Shown in pieces: positions 8,374 to 17,643 of a stretch of DNA of 64,000 bases. Made by a program: the position numbers and the translations under genes. The notes below the pieces were generated by a model. It had not been told where the DNA came from. It ran no database searches and was given only the letters and a program-made list of their open reading frames with translations. The stretch's first letter is position 1. Every line of letters begins with the position of its first letter. Origin of the DNA: Candidatus Krumholzibacteriia bacterium (GTDB taxonomy: Bacteria; Krumholzibacteriota; Krumholzibacteriia; JAJRXK01); NCBI GenBank assembly GCA_041484665.1, contig JBGPIA010000001.1, positions 640,001 to 704,000 of the forward strand, given 5' to 3'.

Positions 8374-10635
8374 TCAGCCACCCAGCCGGTAGCTCGCGAA
8401 CATGGCCAGCGCGCGGCTGGCGCGGTCGATCTTGCGGTAGACCGGGATGCCGGCGCGCTGCAGCAGCAGCACACTGGGGTCGTACAGGCGCCCGCTGTCG
8501 ATGGCGAACACCAGGGGTTTGCGCGTCAGCCGTGAGACCCGGATCAGCTCGCCGGGCAGCGAGTGCATGGCGAACACGTTTTCCTCGTGGATGCCGACGG
8601 GATCGGGCGCGAGGATATCCAGTCCCGGCGTCGCCGGGATCGCGGACACGATCAGCAGGTCCACCTCGGGAGCCGCGGCCACGATCTGGACCGCCTCGAT
8701 CAGGTGCGCGGTATCGGCCATGGGGGTGGCGTCCACCGGGTTGCCCGCGTGGGCGATCTCCGGCAGCACCTCGCGCAGGGCCTTGCGCGTGGCAGCGCTG
8801 AATTGCGCCAGCTCCAGCGTGTACAGATGGTCGCTGACCGCACCCGCCTCGAAGCCGGCGTTGGTCACCACGCCCACCCGGCGCCCGGTCACCTCGCGAT
8901 CCTCGAGCATGGAGAGGGCCTTGGTGGCGTCCTCGAACATATTGAGCGTCTCACACACCAGCGCGCCCGCCTCGGTCAGCAACGCGCGCGCGATGTCGTA
9001 GTCACCCGCCATCGACGCCGTGTGGCTGGCCGCCGCCTGCGCGCCGCCGGCCGTCTTGCCCGCCTTGTAGACGACCACGCCATGCCCCGCCGTGCGCGCC
9101 CGTCGCACCAGCGACAGGAACCGTTGTCCCTCGCCGGGCTGGAACCCCTCCACGTAGAAGGCAAGCACGCGCGCTTGCGGCTCGTGCTGGAGGTAGTACT
9201 CGAAGAAGTCGCAGGCCGTGACATCCATCTCGTTGCCGTAACTGATGGAAGCGCGCGGGAAGATCACGCCATCGAGGTTGCTGGTGAAGCTGACCAGATA
9301 GGCGCCCGACTGGCTGACCGCCGCGAGATTGCTGCCAGGCGCCGCGTGGAACGGCAGCTTGTAGGAGGGCAGGAAGAAGGTGTTGTACTCGTCCTTGCTG
9401 ACAATCCCAAGGCAATTGCCTCCCACCAGGATCACGCCGCCGTCCGCCCGTTCGCGCGAGGCCTGCACGGTGGCCTGGATCCGCTCGGCAAGCTGCTTGC
9501 GGCCGGTCTCGGCGAAGCCGCCCGGGATCAGGATGATCGAGCGCGCCTTGCCGTGGTCCACCAGCCCCTGGATCGCGGCTCCCGCCTGCTCGGCGGGAAT
9601 CGAGACCACCGCCAGATCGACGGTCTCGGGGAGGTCGGCGATGGTGCGCACACACGGGATGTTTTCGATGCGCTCGGCGCTGGGATGCACGGCGTACAGG
9701 TGGCCGTAGGCGATCCCCTCCGACTGCTTGAGATTGCGCAGGATGATCCGACCGGCGTTGAGCGACTTGTTCGACGCCCCGCACACCGCGGCGCTGCGCG
9801 GGTGCAATAGGCGTGCGATGGTGGCGATCGGCCGCGGTGGGCGCGGCGCGGACGGTGGCGGCGCGAGCTTCGCCAGCGCGTCGAGGGCCACCAGCTTGCC
9901 GCCGGACGGCACGATCGGGTTGATTTCCAGCTCTTCCAGCCATGGCTCGTCGCCTTCGGGCGCGAGCGCGCCCAGCGCCGCCAGCGCTGACAGCGCCGAT
10001 GCCAGGGCCGAGCGCTCGACGGGCGCCTTGCGGTACACGCGGCTGGGTTTCAGCGCCAGCTGGCCGAACGGCGTCGCCTCCAGCGCTTCCATCGCGTGCT
10101 GCGCGTCGAAGTCGTGGGCGCTGAATAACAGCCGCGAGGCCCCGCCCGAGAGGCCCGCATACCATTCCGTGAGAAGCCCCCCCATCCCGAACACGAGCAC
10201 CGGGCCAAAGGCAGAGTCACGGCGAAAGCTGAGCAGGAATTCGCTGCCGGGCACCTGCGGCTGCAGATCGACCTTGGCCACCACCAGCACGCCGTGGATC
10301 TCGGCGTCGGGCCGCTTGTCGGCCACCACGCGCAGCATGTCGGCCATCTGCGACTGGATGGCCGCCACGTCGTTCGCCGCCACGCGCACGCCGCCCGCCT
10401 CCGTCTTGTGCGGGATCTGCGGCGAAACCACCTTCAGCACCACTTCCTTGCCAGCCAGGGCTGCAGGCAGGTCGTCAGGCACCTTCGCGCCGCGGGCCAC
10501 GAAACGGTGCGGCGACGTGGCAATCCCCGCGGCCTGCAGCACTGCGTAGGCCTCGTGCTCCAGCAGGATCGTGCGCCCCTCTTGGATCGCGGGGCGCAGC
10601 AGCCTGCGGATCGTGTCGACGGAAGGGGTGGGCAT
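8374..10635 (-). CDS. ADP-forming acetate/acyl-CoA ligase, fused, with ATP-grasp (beta) domain N-terminal to the CoA-binding (alpha) domain
   Basis: LLEHEAYAVL, VVLKVVSPQIPHKTEAGGV, FGPVLVFGMGG, LEINP; then LHPRSAAVCGAS, GGNCLG, SQSGA, AAASHTASMAG (phospho-His). AGGAG RBS before ATG 10635. Confidence 0.92.
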   Translation of the reverse strand: MPTPSVDTIRRLLRPAIQEGRTILLEHEAYAVLQAAGIATSPHRFVARGAKVPDDLPAALAGKEVVLKVVSPQIPHKTEAGGVRVAANDVAAIQSQMADMLRVVADKRPDAEIHGVLVVAKVDLQPQVPGSEFLLSFRRDSAFGPVLVFGMGGLLTEWYAGLSGGASRLLFSAHDFDAQHAMEALEATPFGQLALKPSRVYRKAPVERSALASALSALAALGALAPEGDEPWLEELEINPIVPSGGKLVALDALAKLAPPPSAPRPPRPIATIARLLHPRSAAVCGASNKSLNAGRIILRNLKQSEGIAYGHLYAVHPSAERIENIPCVRTIADLPETVDLAVVSIPAEQAGAAIQGLVDHGKARSIILIPGGFAETGRKQLAERIQATVQASRERADGGVILVGGNCLGIVSKDEYNTFFLPSYKLPFHAAPGSNLAAVSQSGAYLVSFTSNLDGVIFPRASISYGNEMDVTACDFFEYYLQHEPQARVLAFYVEGFQPGEGQRFLSLVRRARTAGHGVVVYKAGKTAGGAQAAASHTASMAGDYDIARALLTEAGALVCETLNMFEDATKALSMLEDREVTGRRVGVVTNAGFEAGAVSDHLYTLELAQFSAATRKALREVLPEIAHAGNPVDATPMADTAHLIEAVQIVAAAPEVDLLIVSAIPATPGLDILAPDPVGIHEENVFAMHSLPGELIRVSRLTRKPLVFAIDSGRLYDPSVLLLQRAGIPVYRKIDRASRALAMFASYRLGG

Positions 10636-10653
10636 CGGGGTGGCTCCTGAGGA

Positions 10654-10737
10654 CTTCTGGTTGGGCTGGGGCTGGGGTGCGCGGGTGGACTGGCGGGTAC
10701 GTTTGTGCTTGGACTGGTGGTTGGAGCGGCGGGTGGA
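10654..10737. repeat. Seven degenerate 12-bp tandem units (minus-strand consensus about TCCACCCGCCAG)
   Basis: Plus-strand units: cttctggttggg / ctggggctgggg / tgcgcgggtgga / ctggcgggtacg / tttgtgcttgga / ctggtggttgga / gcggcgggtgga. Confidence 0.6.
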
Positions 10738-10901
10738 GTCCGTCACGCCCGCCGAACTCCTGGCACTCACGCCGCTTCTGCCGATCACGGACGCAAACAT
10801 GGCAGTTGAGCCACACCGATACAAGGGGTCTCGGGCCGTATCCCCGGGGCGCCCGCGCGCAGGACGGGCTAGCTGCAACCGCATGTGATAGAGTCGATTG
10901 C

Positions 10902-13865
10902 ATGGCACAGCGCTCTGCGGCCTGCCTGGTCGCCCTCTCCTCCCTGCTGAGGGCAGCCGCCGCACCCCATGACACGCGCACTCGCTTCGAGGCCGCAATC
11001 TCCGCGGCCGACCAGACCTATGCCACCACCACCGGAGACACGAAGCGCTCGATCACCCTGCTGGACTCGCTGGTCGCCGACGCGCGCAGCGGGGGCGACT
11101 CCGCCCTCGTACTGCTGGCCGTCTCGGCACGCGGCCGGCAACTGGCCGGCGTCGGCGAGGCGGCGCGCGCCGAAACCGACCTGCGCGCCGCGCTGCGATT
11201 GTCCAGCGCGGCGCGCGATACCCTGCTGCAGTGCAAGGCGCTGCGCTGGCTGGGGTTGGCCATCGCCACGCAGTCGCGCATCGCCGAGTCCGCCTCCTAT
11301 TACACCGAGCTGTTGCGCCTGTCGCTCGCGCGCAAGGACCGACTCTACGAAGGCTACGGCTATTTCGGCCTCGCATACGTCGATCTGTGCGGCGGCAACA
11401 CCGAGGCGGCGCGCCGCGGCTACGAGCGTGCGATCGCCATTTTCCGCGAGCTGGGCCGCACCCGCGACGAGCTCTACGTGCTGGTGGGGATGGGCAGGCT
11501 GCTCGGGGAGGTCGGAGACCTGGAGGCCGCCCGGCGGTGTTTTCTCACCATCGTCGAGCGTGGCCGGCAGGTGGGGGCGCTCCAACCGCAGGTCGAGGCC
11601 CTGAACAATCTGGCCCTGCTCGAGCAGACCATCGGCGACCCCGGCCTCGCCCTGCAGCATTTTCGCGAAGCCTACGGGCTGTCCCGCGCGACGTCGAACA
11701 CCGATGACATGATCATGGCCCGGATCAATATCACAAGTGCCCTGACCCAGCTCGGCCACTTCGACGCCGCCGTTGCGGTGCTGGACTCCGCACTGCAGGT
11801 CTGCCGCGACCAGCACTACGTGGAGAAGGAGGCGTGGGTCCTCGACTACTTTGCAGACTTGAGGCGGCAACAAGGCCGGCCGAGGGAAGCGGAAGGGCTC
11901 TACCGCGCCGCGCTGGCGCTGGGCGGCGCGGTCCCGCCGCCTGTACAAGAGACAACTGTGCTGGGACTGGTGGAGAGCATGGGCGACTCCGTGGCTGCGC
12001 TGGCGACGCTGCGGCAGCACGCGGCCCGGCTGCGCCCGTTTCTCGCTTCGGGCAGAGCCGACCTCTTCGAATGCGAAGAGGGCATCCTGCTCCAGCGTCT
12101 GCGGCGGCACGCGCAAGCCCTGCGTCTGCTGCTGGCGGCGGATCGCGTGGCGCGGCGCACTGGCGCCATCACTGACCGTCTGCGGCCGCTCGTGCACGCG
12201 GCAGAGTGCTGGCGCGCTCTGGGACGACCCGACAGCGCGCTGATCGCGCTGCGGGGCGCCGAGCAGGTGTGGGAGACGCAGCGCGGGCTGCCCCGCGATC
12301 CACAATGGCGCGAGCTGCGCGGAACGCTGGCGCGGCAGTTCTACGGAAGCATGGCCGAGCTGCTGCTGGCCTACCCCCCTGAGCTGCCGCCCCAGGCGCG
12401 CACGCGGCGGGCGTTCGACGCGCTGCAGAAGTTCAAGGCACGCTCCCTGCTCGAGCGCATGACCGGCCCTGGCCTGGCCGCGGGCCACGTTCCGTTACCC
12501 GAGCAGCTGTCGATCCGCACCCTGGCACAAGTCCAGGACGCGGTGCTCGGCGACGGCGAGCTTCTCCTCGATTTCTTCGTCTCCACGGACGCCTCGTTCC
12601 TGTTTGCCGTGACGCGCAGCGAGTGCCGCGCGATCCGGCTGGTCGATGGGCCCGCGCTGGAGACCGCCGTCGCGCTCGCGCGCGACCTGTGGGCGACCGC
12701 GCCGCCGGAGCGCGCGCCCGCCGAGCAGGAGCCGCTCCGGCAAGCCGGGGTCGCGCTCGCGCGCATGCTGCTGGGCGAGGTGAGCGATCTCGTGCGCGCC
12801 AGCCGGCGCGTGATCGTCGCGCCCGATGGTCCGCTCAACCTCGTCGCCTTCGGCGCGCTGCCGGCGCCACGGATGGGGTCCAGCGGATCCGCGTCCGCCA
12901 CCAGATCCGCGGCCCTGGAGGTGGCCAGCCCGGTTTCCCTGCTGCGTGACCGCGAGCTCTGGAGCGTTCCCTCGGCGACCGTGCTCGCGCAGCTGCGGGC
13001 CCGACCAATGGGCGCGGCCGGTGACGTGCACGGACACAACGCGCCCGCCGTGCCGCCGGCGCCGGATCGCATCTTTGCCTGCGCACTCGGCGCGACCGCC
13101 GCCGGCCGCGCGCTACCCGGCGCGGTCGGAGAGGTCCGCTGGCTCGCGCGCCGCTATCGCGGAGTGGATCTCGCCCTGGACGATTTTAGCCGAGGCGGGC
13201 AGGCGCTCGTCGAGGCGCTGCCGGGGCACCGGGTCGTGCATCTGGCGACGCACACCGTGGTCGATGATCAGCGCCCCTGGAACTCCGGGCTGTTCCTCGG
13301 TTCGACCCGTGGCGGCGCCGTGGACGCCTACCTGCGCGCCAGCGAGATCGCCGAGCTGAGGCTTTCGGCCGATCTCTGCGTGCTGTCCGGCTGCGAGTCG
13401 GCGGGCGGCCGCGTACTGTCGGGCGAGGGTGTGCAGGGGCTCTGCGGCGCCTTCCTCAGCGCTGGGGTCCCGGCCGTGCTCGCGACGCTGTGGCCGGTCG
13501 ATGACCGCTCGACGGCGCGCATCGTGCGCGAGTTCTATTGCGCACTTGGCCGCGGCGGCAGCGCCGCCGAGGCGCTGCGCCGCGCGCAGCTCACCGTGGC
13601 CACGGACCCGCGCACGAGCCATCCGTTCTTCTGGGCGGGGTTCGTCCTGACCGGCGACGGCATGGCGCACGTGCGGCTGGCGCGCCGAGTCCCGCCCGCG
13701 GCCCCGGCTTGCGTGGCCGGCGCAGCCCTGGTGGCGATCGTGGCGCTGGCCCGTGCCCGACGTCGACGTCGTGCCCGGCGCAACGCGCGCGACCGGGTGT
13801 TGGCGTCCGCGCCGCTTCGTCGCGCCACCCTGTCCGACGCCGGCGCCACCGAGATCCGTCCGTGA
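10902..13865 (+). CDS. TPR-CHAT (caspase-like, clan CD) protease with C-terminal TM anchor and Arg-rich tail
   Basis: TPR helices (ALNNLALLEQTIGD..ALQHFREA); VIVAPDGPL; catalytic dyad VVHLATH and VLSGCES; TLWPVDD, HPFFWAGFVLTG; C-terminal ACVAGAALVAIVALARARRRRR. Confidence 0.93.
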   Translation: MAQRSAACLVALSSLLRAAAAPHDTRTRFEAAISAADQTYATTTGDTKRSITLLDSLVADARSGGDSALVLLAVSARGRQLAGVGEAARAETDLRAALRLSSAARDTLLQCKALRWLGLAIATQSRIAESASYYTELLRLSLARKDRLYEGYGYFGLAYVDLCGGNTEAARRGYERAIAIFRELGRTRDELYVLVGMGRLLGEVGDLEAARRCFLTIVERGRQVGALQPQVEALNNLALLEQTIGDPGLALQHFREAYGLSRATSNTDDMIMARINITSALTQLGHFDAAVAVLDSALQVCRDQHYVEKEAWVLDYFADLRRQQGRPREAEGLYRAALALGGAVPPPVQETTVLGLVESMGDSVAALATLRQHAARLRPFLASGRADLFECEEGILLQRLRRHAQALRLLLAADRVARRTGAITDRLRPLVHAAECWRALGRPDSALIALRGAEQVWETQRGLPRDPQWRELRGTLARQFYGSMAELLLAYPPELPPQARTRRAFDALQKFKARSLLERMTGPGLAAGHVPLPEQLSIRTLAQVQDAVLGDGELLLDFFVSTDASFLFAVTRSECRAIRLVDGPALETAVALARDLWATAPPERAPAEQEPLRQAGVALARMLLGEVSDLVRASRRVIVAPDGPLNLVAFGALPAPRMGSSGSASATRSAALEVASPVSLLRDRELWSVPSATVLAQLRARPMGAAGDVHGHNAPAVPPAPDRIFACALGATAAGRALPGAVGEVRWLARRYRGVDLALDDFSRGGQALVEALPGHRVVHLATHTVVDDQRPWNSGLFLGSTRGGAVDAYLRASEIAELRLSADLCVLSGCESAGGRVLSGEGVQGLCGAFLSAGVPAVLATLWPVDDRSTARIVREFYCALGRGGSAAEALRRAQLTVATDPRTSHPFFWAGFVLTGDGMAHVRLARRVPPAAPACVAGAALVAIVALARARRRRRARRNARDRVLASAPLRRATLSDAGATEIRP

Positions 13866-13889
13866 CGAATCCGGCGATGAGGTCTCTCT
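13861..13889 (+). promoter_or_regulatory. Putative ECF promoter (GTGA-N16-GTCTCTCT) of the sigma gene, likely leaderless
   Basis: cGTGA cgaatccggcgatgag GTCTC tct; ATG lies 7 nt after GTCTC and there is no obvious RBS between them. Confidence 0.65.
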
Positions 13890-13893
13890 GACC

Positions 13894-14505
13894 ATGGACG
13901 CGGACGACCGTGCCGGGGCCGTGTCGGGGCTGACCGACGACGAGCTGGTCCAGCTCGCCGTACGCGAGACCCAAGCCGGTGGTGGCGGACCGGCCGCCGG
14001 CGAGCTCTTGAGCCGCTACCAGCTGCGAGTCTATCGGTGGTGCCGCCGCTATGCGCGCGACCACGAGCGGGCGCTCGACCTCAGCCAGGACGTCCTGCTG
14101 CTCGCGTACCGCGCGCTGGGCTCCTTCGAAGGGAGGGCGCCGTTTTCGGCCTGGCTGTTCACCATTACGCGACGTCGCTGCATCCGGGCCATGCGGCCCG
14201 TGAGCATGCTGCGTTACGACGACGCCGAGCTGGAGCTGATCCCCGACGACCGCCCTGGAGCCGACCGTGCCCTGGAGGACGAGGATGAGCTGCAGCGCAT
14301 GATGGAGCTCGTGCGCAGTTGCCTCGACCCGGTAGAGCAGAAGGCGCTGATGATGCGCTGCATGGAGCGCATCCCGGTGGATGAGATCACGCAGCTTCTG
14401 GGAATCGCAGCGGCATCGGGCGCGCGCGGCGTCCTGCAGCAGGCACGTCGCAAGCTGCGCGCGGCATCGCACGAGGATGACGCTGGAGACGGGAGAACCC
14501 CATGA
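13894..14505 (+). CDS. ECF sigma-70 family RNA polymerase sigma factor
   Basis: TDDELV, LLSRYQLRVYRWC, ALDLSQDVLL, FEGRAPFSAWLFTITR (region 2); LDPVEQKAL..EITQLLG..ARRKLR (region 4). Confidence 0.93.
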   Translation: MDADDRAGAVSGLTDDELVQLAVRETQAGGGGPAAGELLSRYQLRVYRWCRRYARDHERALDLSQDVLLLAYRALGSFEGRAPFSAWLFTITRRRCIRAMRPVSMLRYDDAELELIPDDRPGADRALEDEDELQRMMELVRSCLDPVEQKALMMRCMERIPVDEITQLLGIAAASGARGVLQQARRKLRAASHEDDAGDGRTP

Positions 14506-15278
14506 GCGAACGATGCCTGACCGTCGAGGAATTGGCGGTGGCCCTGCAGCAGTCGGAGACGAGCCCAGGGCGCCGCCATCTCGCCGGGTGTCCGCGCTGC
14601 CAATCGGTCCTGATGTCCTACCGGGAGTTCCTCGAGCCCACCGCGACGCTCCCCGAGGGGGAGCTGCGGGAGGCCAACGCCAGGTTGCAGGAGCAGCTGG
14701 AGAAGCAGCTCGCTCTGGCCGGGCAGCCGGCGGGGCCGGCGGGGCGCTCGACAGCGGCACGACGCCCGCGTACGCACCGCGCGTGGCGCGACCGCCTCCC
14801 TGGCTGGCGCACGCTGCGCCCCGCGTGGACCGTGGCGCTCGGTGCGCTGGCCGTCGTGGCCGTGATCGCTGCGATCGAGCTCGCGCCCGACCGTTCGCGC
14901 CCGATCGTGTTGCGCGAGCAGGGAGAGCAGCGCGGAGTTCCCACGGGACTTCCGGCGCTGCTCCCAGTCGAGCCCGCGCCGGACGGAGGCTTGACGATTC
15001 GCTGGCAGCCGGTGTCCGGGGCAGATTCCTACGAGGTGCGGGTCTACTCCACGCAGCTGCAGGAGGTCGCACGCCTGGGCCCCGTGAGCGGGACCTCGTT
15101 CCTCTTGCGCCGCGCCGCGCTTCCCGCCGCGGCGGCGCCGGCCGGCGCGCCCGCGGGCACGTCGGCGGGCACGTCCGCCGCGGCGGCGCAGGACACCTTC
15201 CTGGTGCGCGTGGCCGCGCAGCGCGGCGGGGCGCAAATCGGCCTCTCCCACGTGACGAGTGTTCGACTGACGCGCTGA
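14502..15278 (+). CDS. Transmembrane anti-sigma factor (zf-HC2/ZAS N-terminus, TM, FN3/Ig-like outer domain)
   Basis: CLTVEEL..HLAGCPRC (HxxxCxxC); TM VALGALAVVAVIAAI; LTIRWQPVSGADSYEVRVY; ATGA overlap with the sigma stop. Confidence 0.88.
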   Translation: MSERCLTVEELAVALQQSETSPGRRHLAGCPRCQSVLMSYREFLEPTATLPEGELREANARLQEQLEKQLALAGQPAGPAGRSTAARRPRTHRAWRDRLPGWRTLRPAWTVALGALAVVAVIAAIELAPDRSRPIVLREQGEQRGVPTGLPALLPVEPAPDGGLTIRWQPVSGADSYEVRVYSTQLQEVARLGPVSGTSFLLRRAALPAAAAPAGAPAGTSAGTSAAAAQDTFLVRVAAQRGGAQIGLSHVTSVRLTR

Positions 15279-15389
15279 GCGGAACCCACCGTACGCTTCC
15301 CTCCACGCGCGGTCGCCTGTACGTGAGCCGCGATCGACGTGAACTCCCGTGCGCGTCGGCGTGCGCCGGGGTGCGCCCCATCGGCATGG

Positions 15390-15418
15390 TGTGATCCAGC
15401 GCCGACCGCTGTCTCTCT
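15390..15418 (+). promoter_or_regulatory. Putative ECF promoter upstream of fibre gene 1
   Basis: tGTGA tccagcgccgaccgct GTCTC tct (16-nt spacer). Confidence 0.65.
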
Positions 15419-15517
15419 TCGAGCAGAGCCGCCGATCCGCATGCTCCTCATCCCCACGCACGGTCCAGGAACGGCGTCACTCCCGGGCCTGCGACCGACC
15501 CCACAGGAGGGTCAATC

Positions 15518-17434
15518 ATGACTTGGCATTTCTCATCGTCTCCGGCCGCGCTGCGAGCTGTGCTCTCGGCGGTGGCCAGCTTGCTCCTCGCGCTCGATCC
15601 CGCCGGCATCGTTGCGGCCGGATCGCCGCCCAGCGCGGGGCCCGGCGCGCCGGCCCCCGGCAGTGCACGCATTGCCAGCAGCCCGCTCCCCAGGCTCGGG
15701 GTCGCGCCCAAGTCGGCCCCGCCCTCCGGCTTCACCTACCAGGGCCAGCTGCGCAACGGGCTCGGCGTGGTCAGTGGGCCGTGCGATCTCCAATTCTCGC
15801 TGTTCGATGCGCCGGCTGCGGGCGCTCAAGTTGGCACCACCCAGACCAGGCTCGGCGTCACCGTGGACAACGGGGTCTTGACCGTCCAGCTCGACTTCGG
15901 GGCCGGCGCGTTCCAAGGCGACGCGCGGTGGCTGGAAATCGCGGTGCGGTCTCCGTCGGGAGGCGGAAGCTACACCACGCTCACGCCGCGGCAGGCGGTG
16001 ACGGCTGCTCCACAGGCCCTGACGCTGCGCCCCGGCGCGCAGATTCGCACCGCCAGCGAGCCAATCGGGCTCACGGTGAGCGCGTCGGACGTCGCGTGGG
16101 TCGCCCCGGTCGGCGTGATGGCGACCGGCGGCACCAGCACGAATACGTTCCCGGGACAGCCTACCGGTGTGTTCGGTGAATCCGCCAACGGCACCGGGCT
16201 CCTGGGGTACAGCCAGAACGGGATCGCCATCGTGGGTCAATCCGATCTGAACGACGGCGTGCAGGGCATCAGCCAGGGCTCCAACGGGGTGTCCGGCTTC
16301 TCGGCAAAGGTCGGGGCGAGCGGCGTGTACGGCGAGAACAGCGCCGGTGGATACGGAGTCGCTGGACGCGCGTCCGGGAGCGGCATCGGCGTGTTCGGCG
16401 AAAACTTCGACTCCAACGGCTGGGCAGGGCGTTTCAACGGCAGGACGCTGATGAGTGGCGACCAGACTGTGCTCGGAAACCAGATCATCACATTCGACCA
16501 ATCAATTGCCGGTAGCCAGGACGTTGCCGGCGGCCAAACCGTAAGTGGCCCGCTGTCCGCGATGAGCGATGTCAGCGTAGGGGGCAACCAGTCGTTCGGC
16601 TCCGTGACGCGGCAGATGCTGAATCTGTGGGGGACCCAATACGGCGTCGGTGTCCAGAACGCCACCTTCTATTCCCGCAGCGGGGGCGCGTACGCCTGGT
16701 ACCAAGGGGGTACGCACAGCAACAGCCCCAATGACCCCGGACTGGGCGGGATCCCGCTCATGAACCTCAGTGCCAGCGGCAGGCTCAGCACGCTCAGCGG
16801 AATGACCGGTGGCACGCCGACCCCCGGCCAGAGCGGCGTGAGCGGCTCCAACACGGCGGCCTTCGACGCGTCCTTCGGTTCGGCGGGCGTGCTCGGCACG
16901 AGCACCCAAAATGTCGGCGTGATCGCCCAGAGCTCGAACTTCCGCCCCTTCATGGCGTTCGGCAGCAATCTGCTGGATCCAAAGTTCTACATCGAGAACA
17001 ACGGAAACGTGCGCGCCGACGGGACCTTCTCCTCACCGGCGGCCGACTTCGCCGAGATGATGCCGGCCGGTGAAGTCCTCGAGCCCGGCGACGTGCTGGC
17101 GATCGGAGCCGACGGCGCGCTCGTCCGCTCCCGCGCGCCATACCAGCGCAGCGTGGTCGGCGTGTACTCGACCAAGCCGGCGTTCCTCGGCGGATCGCAG
17201 GAAGGTGGCAGGACCGCGGGGCAGGTGCCCCTCGCGGTCGTCGGCATTGTGCCGGTGAAGGTCACGGCTTCCAATGGCCCGATCCGGCCGGGGGACCTGC
17301 TCGTGGCCTCCTCCAGCCCGGGGCGCGCCATGCGCGCCGATGACGCTCCATCCATCGGATCGGTGATCGGCAAGGCGCTACAGCGTCTGGACGACGGCGC
17401 CGGGACAATCCAGGTCGTCATCATGCTCCAGTAG
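15518..17434 (+). CDS. Secreted tail-fibre-like protein 1 with C-terminal Peptidase_G2-like intramolecular chaperone domain
   Basis: Signal-like N-terminus; FTYQGQL..QFSLFDA..LDFG..RWLEIAVR..LTPRQ domain; Gly-rich GVxGxS repeats; RQMLNLWGTQYG; C-terminal ADFAE..EPGDVL..GVYSTKP..VGIVPVKV..GDLLV..IGKAL; CAGGAGGG RBS. Confidence 0.85.
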   Translation: MTWHFSSSPAALRAVLSAVASLLLALDPAGIVAAGSPPSAGPGAPAPGSARIASSPLPRLGVAPKSAPPSGFTYQGQLRNGLGVVSGPCDLQFSLFDAPAAGAQVGTTQTRLGVTVDNGVLTVQLDFGAGAFQGDARWLEIAVRSPSGGGSYTTLTPRQAVTAAPQALTLRPGAQIRTASEPIGLTVSASDVAWVAPVGVMATGGTSTNTFPGQPTGVFGESANGTGLLGYSQNGIAIVGQSDLNDGVQGISQGSNGVSGFSAKVGASGVYGENSAGGYGVAGRASGSGIGVFGENFDSNGWAGRFNGRTLMSGDQTVLGNQIITFDQSIAGSQDVAGGQTVSGPLSAMSDVSVGGNQSFGSVTRQMLNLWGTQYGVGVQNATFYSRSGGAYAWYQGGTHSNSPNDPGLGGIPLMNLSASGRLSTLSGMTGGTPTPGQSGVSGSNTAAFDASFGSAGVLGTSTQNVGVIAQSSNFRPFMAFGSNLLDPKFYIENNGNVRADGTFSSPAADFAEMMPAGEVLEPGDVLAIGADGALVRSRAPYQRSVVGVYSTKPAFLGGSQEGGRTAGQVPLAVVGIVPVKVTASNGPIRPGDLLVASSSPGRAMRADDAPSIGSVIGKALQRLDDGAGTIQVVIMLQ

Positions 17435-17491
17435 GCGCTCCCGGCCGCCCGCCAGCGCGTGGCCGGCTTGGCGCGACGGGTCGTTCGGATT

Positions 17492-17520
17492 TGTGACGTG
17501 GCGTCGCTGGGCGTCTCCCT
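17492..17520 (+). promoter_or_regulatory. Putative ECF promoter upstream of fibre gene 2
   Basis: tGTGA cgtggcgtcgctgggc GTCTC cct (16-nt spacer). Confidence 0.65.
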
Positions 17521-17643
17521 TCCGTCAGCCGGGCAATCCGCTCGATCGGCGGCTCGATCCCCGCGGGCCGGGGGTCTCCCGCCTCTGGCCCGTCACCCTG
17601 GCGCCATCGTTGCGGCGCCTCGCGCCAACCAGGAGGGCTCAGC

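Noticed and set aside
10808..10905. ECF motif upstream of the CHAT gene (GTCTC at 10828, TGTGA at about 10884)
   Set aside because: The two boxes are not paired in the right order at 16-nt spacing
10902..14505. Type III-E CRISPR-associated (Craspase) locus
   Set aside because: No cas genes or repeat-spacer array; this CHAT appears membrane-anchored
15153..15176. Short 12-bp duplication in the anti-sigma gene (AGTS-AGTS)
   Set aside because: Only two units in a low-complexity loop; no evidence of phase variation
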